Of a stretch of 64,000 nt of DNA, positions 39,531-51,863 are shown piece by piece. The DNA lies in contig OZ024740.1 of the NCBI GenBank assembly GCA_964016885.1, positions 414,470,001-414,534,000 of the forward strand, written 5' to 3'. A program made the position numbers and the translations under genes. The notes beneath the pieces were generated by a model, which was given only the letters and a program-made list of their open reading frames with translations, made no database searches and had not been told where the DNA came from. Source of the DNA: Eledone cirrhosa. Its lineage: Eukaryota. Every line of letters starts with the position of its first letter. Positions within the stretch are counted from its first letter, which is position 1.

Positions 39531-42164
39531 GTTAAAGGACCCCACAACCAGAAATAAATTTCAAAGCATGTTACTTGATGCTTTCGACAGTAAGGAAGAG
39601 CAATTAGAGTCAGATAATATAGAGGAACAGTGGGAATTCCTGAAAGCAAACCTGCTGACGGCGGCAGACGAAGTCTGTGGCTGGAGCTGGCCTGTAGGTA
39701 GGAGGAGAGTAACATGGTGGTGGAACAGTAAGGTGGAGGAGTCAATTAAGGCCAAAAAGCAGGCTTGGAAAGTATGGCGGGATGGGGGAAGTAGAGAAGA
39801 CTATCAAGTGGCCAGGAGGGAAGCTAGGAGACAAGTGTACTTCGCAAGAAGAGAAGCAGAGGAAAGAAAGTTCAAGCATGTTCTACAACGTGAGGACCAA
39901 AACGTGAGGTGTTCAGGATTGCTAGGCAATGTGTCAAGGAAAACCGTGACATTGTCGGGGAGAAGTGTGTACTTAATGATGATGGTGTACTTGCCATCAC
40001 TGACGCTGATAAGAAGGTAGCTTGGAAGTGTCACTACGAAAGGCTTCTAAATGAGGAGAATAAATGGGAGAAAGACAGTCTCCCCCACATCGACCCAATA
40101 GAGGGACCGGCAGTGTTAGTAGAAGGTAGTATAATAAGTAAGGCAGTCAAAGATATGAAGTTGGGTAAGGCGACTGGGCCTTCGGAAATAGTTGCTGAGA
40201 TGCTGAAAGCCTCTGGAACGGTGGGACACATCATGGTCACCCGGATAGTAAACCAAGTCATACAGAATGGAGTTGTTCCGAAGGACTAGCGTAGCAGCAT
40301 CATCATTAACTGTTACAAGGGTAAAGGAGATACCCTAGATAGGAGTAACTATAGAGGCATTAAATTAATCGACCAGGTCATGAAGGTCACGGAAAAAGTT
40401 ATAGCGCAACTAATCAGAGAGAGAATTGATCTAGATGAAATGCAGTTCGGTTTTGTGTCAGGCAAAAGTACCACAGATGCTCTTTTCATTGTACGACAAC
40501 TACAGGAGAAGTACCTAGCTAAAAGTAAACCCCTATACTTAGCTTTCGTCGACTTGGAGAAGGCCTTCGACAGAGTCCCCCGTTCCATTATCTGGTGGGC
40601 TCTTAGAAAACTAGGTGTTGACGAGTGGCTTGTGAGAGCTATACAAGCCATGTATAAAGAAACAGTCAGCAAGGTTAGAATTAACAACGAATATAGTGAA
40701 GAGTTTAGTGTAAAAGTTGGTGTACATCAGGGCTCTGCTCTTAGCCCCCTACTATTTATTATTGCCCTTCAGGCTATAACAGTGGAGTTCAAGACCGGCT
40801 GCCCATGGGAACTCCTATACGCAGATGATCTAACGCTCATAGCTGAATCAATGGCCGAGCTAGAGAAGAAATTCCAAACATGGAAGCATGGCCTAGAATC
40901 AAAAGGGCTTAAAATTAACCTGGCTAAGACTAAAGTTCTAGTTTGTAGGAAGGAAAATAAGGCGGCGGTCCCTTCCGGGAAATGGTCATGCTCAGTGTGT
41001 AGGAAAGGCGTAGGTAGAAATTCCATTTTGTGTCCCAAATGCAAAGTATGGGTTCATAAAAGATGTAGTGGGATCACAGGTAAGCTAACTAAGAACATAG
41101 ATTTTACATGTGGCCGCTGCTCTGGTGCAATAGGTAACAGCAAGTGCCCCAAAATACTAGCTCTTTCAATTGCGCAGAGGGTTCTATAGAAATAGTGGAC
41201 AGCTTCCGTTACCTGGGTGACAAAATCAGCAGTGGGGGAGGGTGCTCTGAGAGTACAGTAGCTAGAGTCAGAACTGGATGGAAAAAGTTCAGAGAGCTTA
41301 TACCACTATTAGCCACTAAAGGATTCTCCCTAAAAATGAAAGGCAGGTTGTATGATGCCTGCATACGAACAGCAATGTTGCATGGCAGTGAGACCTGGGC
41401 ATTGTGTGCAGAGGATATATGCAGACTAGAGAGGAACGAAGCTTGCATGCTTTGCTGGATGTATAATAGTAACATACGTGAACGGCAAAGCATAAGCGAA
41501 CTAAGGAAAAAATTAGAAATAAGAGGGATAAGATGTTGTTTACTCGAGAGAAGACTACGTTGGTATGGTCACGTGATGCGCATGAAAGACGACAGGTGTA
41601 TAATAAAGTGCAGGGCAATAAAGATAGACGGTAGCTACGGAGTAGGCAGACCCAGAAAAACCTGGGACGAGCTGATAAATTCCGACCTCACACACTTACA
41701 CCTCTCCAAGACAATGTCACTGGACCGAGACCTTTGGCGGTACTCAGTAATAGAGAAGACCCACCTTACCTAAATACAAAGTAAAACCTACTACAGTCAG
41801 TAGGCATCTCTAACAAAATACACCCCCGTCCCACCACCCCCACCCCATCCACACCGCCCCTTTCAATGTAAAGTTATGTTGGTGCCACAACATCCAGGCC
41901 GAAACAAATGAGATCGTGTAGGTGTCACGTCAAAAAAACACACAGTTCACGCTGTAATGTGGCCGTGTAGGCAACACGGTAAAAACCTCCCAGCCCCACA
42001 CTGTAAATGTGGTTGGTGTTAGGAAGGGCATCCAGCTGTAGAAAACCCGCCAGACAGTCCTATGCGAGCAAGATAACCACTCTTGCCTCAAGTGGGAAAA
42101 CCCTCCATCCAAACCCATGCAAGCGTGGAACACGGACGTTAAACGATGATGATGATGATGATGA

Positions 42165-42167
<3 letters not shown>
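39531..42167 (+). mobile_element. RTE-A LINE, 5'-truncated, several lesions
   Basis: ORFs 39568-40020, 39909-40289, 40380-41189 and 41144-41773; 3' UTR; (GAT)n tail. Confidence 0.93.
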
Positions 42168-42216
<49 letters not shown>

Positions 42217-42217
<1 letters not shown>

Positions 42218-42626
42218 CATCATCATCATCATCACCAACGTTTAACGTCCGTGTTCCACGCTTGCATGGGTTTGGACGGGGGTTTTCCCACTTGAGGCAA
42301 GAGTGATTGTCTTGCTCGCATAGGACTGTCTGGCAGGTTTTCTACAGTTGGATGCCCTTCCTAACACCAACCACATTTACAGTGTGGGTCTGGGAGGTTT
42401 TTACCGTGTTGCCTACATGGCCACATTTCAGCGTGGACTGTGTGTTTTTTTGTCGTGACACCTACACGATCTCATTTGTTTCGGCCTGGGTGGTGTGGCA
42501 CCAACATAACTTTACATAGAAGGGGGTGGTGTGGATGGGGTGATGGGGGGGGGGGGGTGTATTTTGTTAGAGATGCCTACTGACTGTAGTAGGTTTTACT
42601 TTGTATTTAGGTAAGGCGGGTCTTCT
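42217..42626 (-). mobile_element. RTE-A 3' UTR fragment, tail-to-tail with the preceding copy
   Basis: Reverse complement of ~41755-42167, separated from it only by (TA)n. Confidence 0.9.
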
Positions 42627-42677
42627 CTCTCTATATATATATATATATAATCATATATATATATATATATATATATA

Positions 42678-42752
<75 letters not shown>

Positions 42753-43609
42753 TTAAGGATACTATTTATGGTTATGTATATACTAAAACCTTTTATAGTT
42801 ATATATATATTATACCCTAAATAGTGAAAGACAGTAATTTATTACTATCTTATTACCAGTAAGATAAATAGCTCAATGTAACAGCATCAGTTGTTTTACA
42901 GAGCAGTTATATAGAGATTACATGAAACAAAGTTCTGTTTAAATCATTTATCTGCTTACAATATTCCGAGTTTCCGGAATATAATACGATGTCATCTCTC
43001 ACAACAAAAACAACCTGATCTATGAATCAAATTAAAGAACGACAAGCTGTGATGTTCTAGCATGGTTCACCAGGCACCCAATGTTGAATCATCGTGGATT
43101 GTGAGATGGGCATGTAGTCTATAAATTGCGTTTCCTGGATTGTGAGAGTGGTGGTGTGTACGAGGACAGTGGTGCTGTTTTGCTTCTCATTTGTAATATT
43201 TTTGGTGTTTCTCCACACACGGGCTTCTATATCGTACAGGTGTGTGTAAATAATGCTTAACAAGTTCACCCCCATGATGCTCTTGATTGCCTGCTTTGAC
43301 TGCTTGTTTTACTTGTAGCAATCTGCCGCACTATAATCTTGTATAAATAGGACACGCGTGCATGCCACACGTGTGACTGTTGCATACACTGGCTACTCCA
43401 AACTTTCCTTTTGCTTTATCTTAGTAGACTGCCAATGTTTTATTTTAATTTTAATTTTGTCCTTTAATATGACTGTAATCTTTGTATGTAAATTACCATG
43501 CTATATTATTATAATGGATGTCAACCCACTGTGGGTCAATATATACATATGTTTCTATATGACTCTTGTGTTGAAAAGGAGGTCAAGTATGTTAAAAATC
43601 ACTGAATAA

Positions 43610-43658
43610 TTGCTCCGAAGACTCCAAACCTCGGTTTGGAAGAAACAATTGTAAGCAG
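43610..43658 (+). ncRNA. Type I hammerhead ribozyme (CCGAAGA core variant) in PLE-like element 42915-43700
   Basis: ttgct-CCGAAGA-ct ccaaac ctcg gtttgg aa-GAAA-CAATTG-TA-agcag. An inverted terminal arm at 42915-42963 ends at the CAATTG palindrome. Confidence 0.75.
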
Positions 43659-44386
43659 ATAAATGATTTAAACAGAACTTTGTTTCATGTAATCTCTCTC
43701 TCTATATATATATATTATCATATACAATAAAGTATGTCCATAGAATCATTTGATAGGATATATACACCATCTCCTCTCCCAATCAACATAATCAACCACA
43801 CAAAAAACCAATTAAACCAGGCTATAAGATTAAAAGGCACCTATGAAGAAATAATAAATAAATAAACGACAGCCATCTATTCGCGATCAACAGCTATAGA
43901 ATATTTACCCAGCATTTCAATAGCATGTGGAAATCGATTAAATATATCGTCAACCATACACAATTAGGTATAAAATTAAAGTTAGAAGAAAAAATGTATA
44001 TAAACATACCAAGATTACAATATATATATATATGTATAGGCATATACATAATATGTGTGTGTGTGTGTATACATATCATAAATATGATATTATCTCATAT
44101 ATATGTATATATATATAGTGCATTCATGTGTATGTGTGTATGTATGAAATTCTAGACAAATAATTCCAACTCCAGACAATGTGGCCGTAACCTATTGAAT
44201 CTCTCAACTCTAGTATTTATCAATCTTAATGATTGACCTTTTCAAATGAACAATCAATGTCATTTTGCTTAGACGATGCCAATAGGGTACATTCTCATTA
44301 AGTAATTACAACACTGATTTAGATCAGATGCAATATGGTGTTCTATAATTCTGCATGAACCTCGCAAGTTATATTTAAGTCTATCT

Positions 44387-44658
44387 TAAGCCAGAACGCT
44401 CGCTAGGCCGGTGCTTATCCCAGTTCCATGTTGTGAAGCAACTGAGAGTACAAGACTCCTCCCCTGGATAGGACACCAGTCCATTGCAGGGTTAAATCCC
44501 AAGCTATTGTTGGTACTCACTTTCAGCTGAGTATACTGGAGCAACATGAAATGAAGTGTTTTGCTCAAGAACACAACACACAACCCAGTCCAGGAATTGA
44601 ACCCACAACATTATGATCATAAGTCAAACACCCTTACCACTAGGTCACGTGTCTCCAC
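44387..44658 (-). mobile_element. SINE family 3 (tRNA head + CORE-like + V-domain-like body)
   Basis: Minus strand has tRNA-like A/B boxes, ttcttgagcaaaacacttca (CORE-like) and gcaatggactggtgtcctatccagggg. Confidence 0.6.
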
Positions 44659-45266
44659 CAAGTCTCAAGTTAGAGGTGAGGATAAAATAGTACTCTCCTT
44701 AATCTTTCTAGGTGAACAACAGAGGCAACCACTGAAACTGGTTTAACGAGGAATTGAAACTTCCGCAGTTTCATTTGATCTTTCATTTAGACACTCTGAA
44801 CACATGTCTACATTAAAGAAAATCAATATATTCTTTTATAGCAGAATTGTAAACTAAGTACTTTTGAGACTTCCTGAAAATGAACTGGTGCTAAATGATT
44901 GCCACAAGCTTTTGGATGATGAAAAAGCACTGGAGCAACATAGTAAGGATGATTGTTGACCATATATGTTGAGAATTTCTGACTGCCACATGCATAACAT
45001 GATATGAGAGTTTCTAACTCTGAGAAACATACACAGAATACTTCTTTGAAAGTGAAATATTGTAACACTGTAGCTGAGCCAAGAAATATACACTGGAAGA
45101 GTTAAAGATCAATAACAATAGCTATGGGTCAGTAACACATGTTCAAATCTACCTTTGGACAAATGATCTTGTGATGAGTCATGCAGTAACATTGCACCAT
45201 TATTACATTTGGAGATATGAAATAAACATAAGTAAAAAGGTAGAAAACAGTGAAACAACATTAGTG

Positions 45267-48200
45267 TTATCATCATCATCACCGTTTTACGTCCGTTCTT
45301 CCACGCTAGCATGGGTTAGACGGGTTGTCCTGTTGTGTGCAGTGTCTGGTCGGCTGACCATGCCTTGCTCATACAGGAACTGATCTGGCTTGATTTCTAC
45401 AGCTGGATGCCCTTCCTAACACCAACCTCATTTACAGTGAGTGCTGGGTGCTTTTTCGTGGCGCCTACACGTCCACTTTACAGTGTGGGCTGGGTGCTTT
45501 TTTGCGGTGGGGGGGTGTGAGGGCATATTGTTTATATGCTTCAGCATGTACCCATGGGAGGTCGGGTACTCTGTATTACTGCGTGACGCCAGAAGTCACG
45601 GTCGTGTGTCATTGTCTTTGAGAGGTGTAATTGGGTAAGGTCGGCTTTTATCACCTCATCCCAGGTCATCTTGGGTCTCCCCACTCCGTGGTTTCCATCA
45701 ACTTCTAGTGCTCTGCACCTTTTTATGCAGCTGTCATCCTTCATACGCATCACATGTCCATACCAGCGCAACCGCCTCTCCTGCACACAGCATTTGATTC
45801 CTCTTATGCTCAGTCTCTCTCTCAATTCATTTATGCTTTGTCGTTCACGTATATTACTGTTACACATCCATCGGAGCATGCAGGCTTCGTTTCTCTCTAA
45901 TCTACGTAAGTCTTCCACCTTCAGCGCCCAGGTCTCACTACCATGCAACATCGCTGTTCGGATACACGCATCATACAGTCTGCCTATCATTCTGAGGGAG
46001 AAGCCTTTTGCAGCTAGCAGTGGTAGTAGTTCCCTAAACTTCTTCCATCCTGTTCTTACCCTAGTTATTGTACTTTCTGAACACCCACCTCCGTTCCTAA
46101 TTCGGTCACCTAGGTAGCAGAAGCTGTCTACTGTTTCTACAGAGCCCTCCCAGAGATTGGTGGTACTTGTTCCCTGTGGCTGTTTGCTGCTTGCTGTTTC
46201 AGCACAGCTGCTGCATGTGAATCCTACATTCTTAATTAAGCTTCCTGAGATCCCGCTACATCTCTTGTGTACCCGTTGTTTGCATTTGGGGCAGAGAATG
46301 GAGTTCCTACCTACACCTTTCCTACATACTGAGCAAGGCCATTTCCCTGAGGGGATCTGGGTTCTGTTTTCTCGTCTACTTACAAGGACCTTAGTCTTTG
46401 TCATGTTGACTTTGAGACCCTTTCTCTCTAGTCCCTGCTTCCAGGTTTGGAATTTATTCTCTAGTTCTATCATAGATTCAGCTATGAGTGCGAGGTCATC
46501 AGCATACAGGAGTTCCCATGGGCATCCGGTCTTAAATTCCTCCGTTATTGCCTGCAGGACTATGATGAACAGGAGAGGGCTAAGAACAGAGCCCTGGTGG
46601 ACCCCAACCTGTACGCTAAATTCCTCGCTATACTCATTGCTAATCCTAACTTTGCTGACTGCTCCCCTATATATGGCTTGTACCGCTTTCACAAGCCATT
46701 CATCTACTCCTAGTTTTCTAAGAGCCCACCAGATTACAGCACGTGGAACTCTGTCAAAGGCTTTCTCAAGGTCGACAAATGCCAAGTAGAGTGGCTTACT
46801 TTTAGCTAGGTACTTTTCCTGTAATTGCCTCACAAGGAAGAGGGCATCAGTGGTGCCTCTTCCTGGTACAAACCCAAATTGCATCTCGTCTATTTTCACC
46901 CGGTCCCTAATCAGCTGTGCTATAACTCTTTCTGTTACTTTCATGACCTGGTCCATCAACTTTATACCTCTATAGTTTCCTCTAGCTAGTGCATCACCTT
47001 TACCTTTGTAGCAGTTGACAATGATGCTACTGCACCAATCTTTTGGTATGGCCCCTTCTAGTATTACCTGGTTAACGATACGTGTGGTTATAGTGTGACC
47101 TACAGACCCAGATGCCTTCAGCATCTCGGCAGCTATACCCGATGGACCGGTTGCTTTCCCCATCTTCATATCTCTGATTGCCTTACTTACTATGCTGCCG
47201 CTGACTTGTACTGCTGGTCCCTCTATAGGGTCTACTTGGGGTAGGGTCTCTTCTTCCCATGCATTCTCCTCATTTAGTAATCTATCATAATGACTCTTCC
47301 ATGCATCTTTCTTCTCAGCACTTGTGAGGGCAAGCTCACCTTTATCATTCTGGATACACTTCTCTCCAATGACATCACAACTATCTCTGACACACTGCCT
47401 CGCAATCTTGAATACCTCCTGTTTCTGGTCCTCACGTTGTAAAACATGCTTGAATTTTCTATCCTCTGCTTCCCTCCTAGCTAAGTATACTTGTCGCCTA
47501 GCTTCCCTCTTGGTCTCTATGTAATGTACCCTGCTTCCCCCGTTCTTCCATTCTTTCCATGCATGTCTCTTGGCCCTGACTGCTTCATCTACCTTATTGT
47601 TCCACCACCAAGTCACTCTCCTCCTGCTTGAGGTCTTACTCCAGCCACAGACCTCGTCCGTCGCCTCTAGTAAATTATTTTTTAGGAACTCCCAGTTCTC
47701 TTCTACACTAAATGTCTCTATCTGTTCTTCTTTACTGTCGTAGGCGTTGAGTAAAATATCTTTAAATCTGTTACTGGTTGAGGGGACTTTCAGCTTCCAG
47801 ATCTTTCTTCTCCAGGTTGGCCTCTGTTTCAGGGCTCGTCTAGTTCTGACCGTGAGGTCACTGACAACTAAGCTATGTTGGGATGTACATTCCTCACTAG
47901 GGAAGGCTTTTGTGTTTACGACCGTCCATCTGTCACGTCCTCTGATGAGGATAAAATCTAACTGACTAGAGTGCTCCCCTGATCTATAGGTGATCAGGTG
48001 GTTGTCGGGTTTTTTAAAGTTTGTGTTACATATCGACATGTCATTGGCGTTGCAGAATTCTAGAAGTCTGAATCCTTCCTCATTCCTTGTGCCAACTCCA
48101 TGGCCTCCATGTACTCTATTGAAGCCGTCGCAGTGTTTACCTACGTGTCCGTTAAAATCTCCTGCGATGATTAGGAAGTCCTTGTCGTCTGTTAGAGCAG

Positions 48201-48582
48201 TAGTGTGTATTAGGGACTCGTAAAACCTATCCTTAAGTTCGTCTGGCAGCCCCGATTGGGGTGCGTAAGCTGATATTATTGTGGTAATTGTCTTATTCAG
48301 GACTAGTCTGAGTTTAATGATTCTTCCATTTACCCTGTACACTGAGATTACTTTATCTACCCACTTGTCAGCTAATAGTATACCTACACCACCCATCCCA
48401 TCGTCATTCCCCACCCAGAAAAATTTGTAGCACTGACTTTTTCCTACAAGGACTCTAGCAGACTCTCCTCTCCATCTAGTCTCTTGCACACAGCATACAT
48501 CAACTTCCTTTCGCTCTAGCATTTCTACGATTTCTCCTGCTCTTCCTTTCATTGAGCCTACATTGATGGTACCAACTCGGAG
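45267..48582 (-). mobile_element. RTE-C LINE with uninterrupted ORF, lacking the 5' UTR
   Basis: Open frame 48582-45541; 3' UTR 45267-45540; (GAT)n tail. Confidence 0.95.
45541..48552 (-). CDS. RTE-clade polyprotein: APE endonuclease + reverse transcriptase + PHD-like finger (1003 aa)
   Basis: CVQETRW, YAPQ, GDFNGH, QLDFIL, SQH (EN); NYRGIKL, QFGF, FVDLEKAFD, GVHQGS, YADD, YLG (RT); C4HC3 finger at 46204-46335. Confidence 0.95.
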   Translation of the reverse strand: MKGRAGEIVEMLERKEVDVCCVQETRWRGESARVLVGKSQCYKFFWVGNDDGMGGVGILLADKWVDKVISVYRVNGRIIKLRLVLNKTITTIISAYAPQSGLPDELKDRFYESLIHTTALTDDKDFLIIAGDFNGHVGKHCDGFNRVHGGHGVGTRNEEGFRLLEFCNANDMSICNTNFKKPDNHLITYRSGEHSSQLDFILIRGRDRWTVVNTKAFPSEECTSQHSLVVSDLTVRTRRALKQRPTWRRKIWKLKVPSTSNRFKDILLNAYDSKEEQIETFSVEENWEFLKNNLLEATDEVCGWSKTSSRRRVTWWWNNKVDEAVRAKRHAWKEWKNGGSRVHYIETKREARRQVYLARREAEDRKFKHVLQREDQKQEVFKIARQCVRDSCDVIGEKCIQNDKGELALTSAEKKDAWKSHYDRLLNEENAWEEETLPQVDPIEGPAVQVSGSIVSKAIRDMKMGKATGPSGIAAEMLKASGSVGHTITTRIVNQVILEGAIPKDWCSSIIVNCYKGKGDALARGNYRGIKLMDQVMKVTERVIAQLIRDRVKIDEMQFGFVPGRGTTDALFLVRQLQEKYLAKSKPLYLAFVDLEKAFDRVPRAVIWWALRKLGVDEWLVKAVQAIYRGAVSKVRISNEYSEEFSVQVGVHQGSVLSPLLFIIVLQAITEEFKTGCPWELLYADDLALIAESMIELENKFQTWKQGLERKGLKVNMTKTKVLVSRRENRTQIPSGKWPCSVCRKGVGRNSILCPKCKQRVHKRCSGISGSLIKNVGFTCSSCAETASSKQPQGTSTTNLWEGSVETVDSFCYLGDRIRNGGGCSESTITRVRTGWKKFRELLPLLAAKGFSLRMIGRLYDACIRTAMLHGSETWALKVEDLRRLERNEACMLRWMCNSNIRERQSINELRERLSIRGIKCCVQERRLRWYGHVMRMKDDSCIKRCRALEVDGNHGVGRPKMTWDEVIKADLTQLHLSKTMTHDRDFWRHAVIQSTRPPMGTC

Positions 48583-48984
48583 TTATATGCCAGGTATTTT
48601 ACTGGCTAACTCACATGACCAACACATTATAGTGGGGCCAAATGATGGCAGTGATGGTGGGGATTGTGGTGATGGTGATGATAATGTTGATGTTATATCA
48701 ATATAAATACTGTTGATAATGATTGCAGTGTTGGTGACAATGGTGTCAGTTATGGAAATCTTAGTGATTATAATGATTATGCTAGTAGTAGTTATGGTAA
48801 TAATTATGATGATGAGAATGATGATTGTGGTGTTTCCGGTTGTCATGGTGATTATGATGGACATGTTTGTTGATATGATAATACTTCTGATGATGATATT
48901 GATAAAGCAGGGTATGAAGAAGACATAAATCCAATTAACAGATACACAACGTAGTGGGGAAAACAAGTGAAGTGTATAGCTTAC

Positions 48985-49161
48985 CAAGACATTGCAGGTG
49001 AGAGGTGACTGATTTGCATCATCCGAAGTGAGATCTGGACTCACGGACGGTACTCCCGTCGGTGTTGTTGGGGATGGTGTATTGGTTATGGTTGCACTGG
49101 AGTGTAACAGTTTCTGATGCTGCCTGTCATCAGCAATTTGTTTCAATACAAGTTCACGTGC
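48985..49161 (-). CDS. Host gene exon: ARELVLKQIADDRQ coiled-coil end, Ser/Pro/Thr linker, first UBX strand (TCNVL)
   Basis: Acceptor ttcttgtag|GCA and donor TTG|gtaagc. 177 nt, phase 0-0. The AR..V..QIA.DR motif is typical of UBXN1/UBXN4 coiled coils. Confidence 0.88.
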
Positions 49162-50599
49162 CTACAAGAAGACAAGATTTTTAGAAAGTCTGAATCTTTT
49201 TTGTGTGTTTATGTATATGGGTATATGGGCAGTGGGCTATGTGAGCCAGTGTCTATCACTAGTGGTAACTAAAATTAGTTTAGTTTTTTTATTCAGTACT
49301 ATTAATATACTGTATTATTCAGTGCATAAGGTACTCGATTTTTACCCCAAAAATTTGATATCAAAATTTACATGTACCCTATATAAAAAACAAAAATCTT
49401 ACTATAACTTTTTCCCCAAGCATTTTTCTTTAAAATATAAGTGCACCTTATACACCACAGCATCTTATAACCCCCAAAATATAGCAGTTTACATATTTGA
49501 ATAAACTTGTATGCCATGAGAAGACATGTCTCAGGCAGAGGTTTTTCTCAGAATAAAAGGATACCTGAACCAAATACTAGCAACTAAGTGGACTCAGGCA
49601 TGCAAGGGCTGTGTATTGGTGCTAAATTGTATGATGAATTAAGTCTACCACCTAAGTAGGTTACAGCAAGATTTCACAAGGTATAACTGCTCCAAAATTC
49701 AAGGGATTCCATCAGTCAACTATCTTAGAATGATACTATATTTATCCACCCCAAAACGCAGAAAGACAAAATTGACTTTGGCAGAATTTGAACTCAGAAT
49801 GCAAGGAACCAGAATAACAAACCATTTTATCCAAGTGTTCAACATTTTTGCTAATTCCCTATCTATTTGCTGTGGAAGTGACTTGATCTGAGTTTAAGTG
49901 TTAAAACTGAAATAAAGACATTGTGGTAGAGTTATGAAAAATATTTAAAACCCACTTATCCCATTACATTTACTTTTGTTGCATTTCTTGACTGCATTGT
50001 ATACTTCAAAATGCTAAATATTTTTGTTGTACATATACAATCAGGTCACTTCACAATTCCACAGCATATAGTTATAATATAGTAATATAACATTAATAAA
50101 GTTATAGTTCTGGTTCTAGTTAAACAAGTATATATAAGTAGTTCAAAATTTAACCCTTTAGCACTTAAACCAGCCATATCCAGCCAAAACTGTCTCACCT
50201 CATTCTGTTCAAACCGGCTGTAACCAACTACTCATACTGATGTTAAAGTATTGTTCATAAAATAAATAATATCAAAATCTCGTAGCTTCAATATTATGTG
50301 AGATAGTTATGTAAGGTAAAGCCTTAATCATGATAATACAATAGTAAATATAGAGCAATGTAATTACTAAAGGGTTAAACAACAATGACAGGGAGCCATT
50401 ACATGGTTCATCAACCTGCTAGAAATAGTAGGCAAATATCCCTCAATGTACACCATTGATGGAAGATCATGTTAGGTAATGGAGTCCTAGACACCTCTAA
50501 AATGACAGAAAGGTCACAGCTTGATTGCCTTTAACTCTAAGTCTGCTGAATCAAGAATGACCTGTGACTCAACAATAAAAATAACAACCAGCAACCTAC

Positions 50600-50911
50600 C
50601 GATTTATTTTGCCTTTTTTCTAAAATTGCTTTCTTCTGCGCTTCATTGCGTTGCTTCTCTTCAAACTTTAGTTTCATTTCCCTCTGTTTGTTGTTGACAA
50701 ACATACGAGTGTGGACAGAGTCTGTCTTTTCCTCCGCCTCCCCTTCTTCCTTCTCTACCACTTCTTTCTGCTCGTCTTCTCGAGGTTGAGATAAAGGGTT
50801 ATTTAACTGACTGCTGTTGCTGCCACCGACATCTGTATGCATGTCACTAGGGTTACTGTTTGATTCGGTACCACCAGCTGGAAGATCCATGTTGTTTACT
50901 TCAGTTGCGTC
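50600..50911 (-). CDS. Host gene exon: acidic linker and start of coiled coil (DATEVNNMDLP...EEKQRNEAQKKAILEKRQNKS)
   Basis: Acceptor ttgttttgtag|GAC and donor TCG|gtaggt. 312 nt, open, phase 0-0. Confidence 0.85.
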
Positions 50912-51793
50912 CTACAAAACAATCAACATTTTCTTGATTTTTCAATATACATGACTCTTAAATATACATATTTTTTCTTCACCCAATGATCATAAGCCAT
51001 ATACACGAGGAAAATATGTCTATGATGCATATGGATAATGATCATTACATAAAGAAATACCAAGAGTTGGGAATGGAAGAAAAATGTAAGCCAATGAAGA
51101 TTTGATAACCAAAGGTGGTGAAACCACAAATGAAAATGTTGAATCTCACAATGGAGATGAGAAAGGAAAGAGATAAGTAGAAGGACGCTGTGCTGGAGAA
51201 GACTTTAACCTATTCAAACATGGTAAAATAGACATAAAAGGATGATGATAAATTTTCAATATTTATGACTTTTCAATATACATAACTTTACAATATACAA
51301 TACTTTTTTAATATACATGATGTGACAGTATATTTGACTTTTCTTTATACATGACTTTTCCCTCCTCTACTTAACAATAACAACTAAATGTTGGAATTAC
51401 AGTCAACGAGGGTGTCTCTATGTGATCGTTCGTCCTGCTAGAAATAGCAACGAAATCTATCTCAAATCATACCATTCCAATTTAAAAAGGCAAGGATGCA
51501 CTGGATAATGTAGTCCTAGATACACTATATATGAAAATATTACTGGACTGTCATGACTCAATGAAGAAGCTTGTCATAGGACTCAGCTTTAGCATAGAAA
51601 AATAACTTTAAAATGCTTGTTGTAGTTGTAATAACTATTCTATGCACACAAAGATAGAAACATGAATGGTGAAACTAATAACGAACCCCTAATATTGAAC
51701 CCTAATATGAATAAGACAAGGTAATTGTCTGTAGATTGGATTTCCATATCATCTGAGTTGCAATAAAAATGTCAATAAAAAATATCAACGTAC

Positions 51794-51863
51794 CATATAG
51801 AGCTTACAAGTATTGGCAGTTCGGGATGTATTAACAATGGGCTGAGAGTTTCTTGCAAGAAGC
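51794..51863 (-). CDS. Host gene exon (most 5' one found): (G)LLARNSQPIVNTSRTANTCKLYM
   Basis: Acceptor ttctattttag|G and donor ATG|gtacgt. 70 nt, entered in phase 2 and left in phase 0, matching the next exon. If the split codon is TG|G the junction reads WLL, as at the end of a UBA domain (inference). Confidence 0.6.

Noticed and set aside
45671-48223. Antisense ORFs over RTE copies
   Set aside because: Expected shadow ORFs of LINE coding sequence, with no independent motifs.
49305-49490. Possible pogo/Tc1-type MITE
   Set aside because: TIR similarity is too degenerate and there is only one copy in the window.
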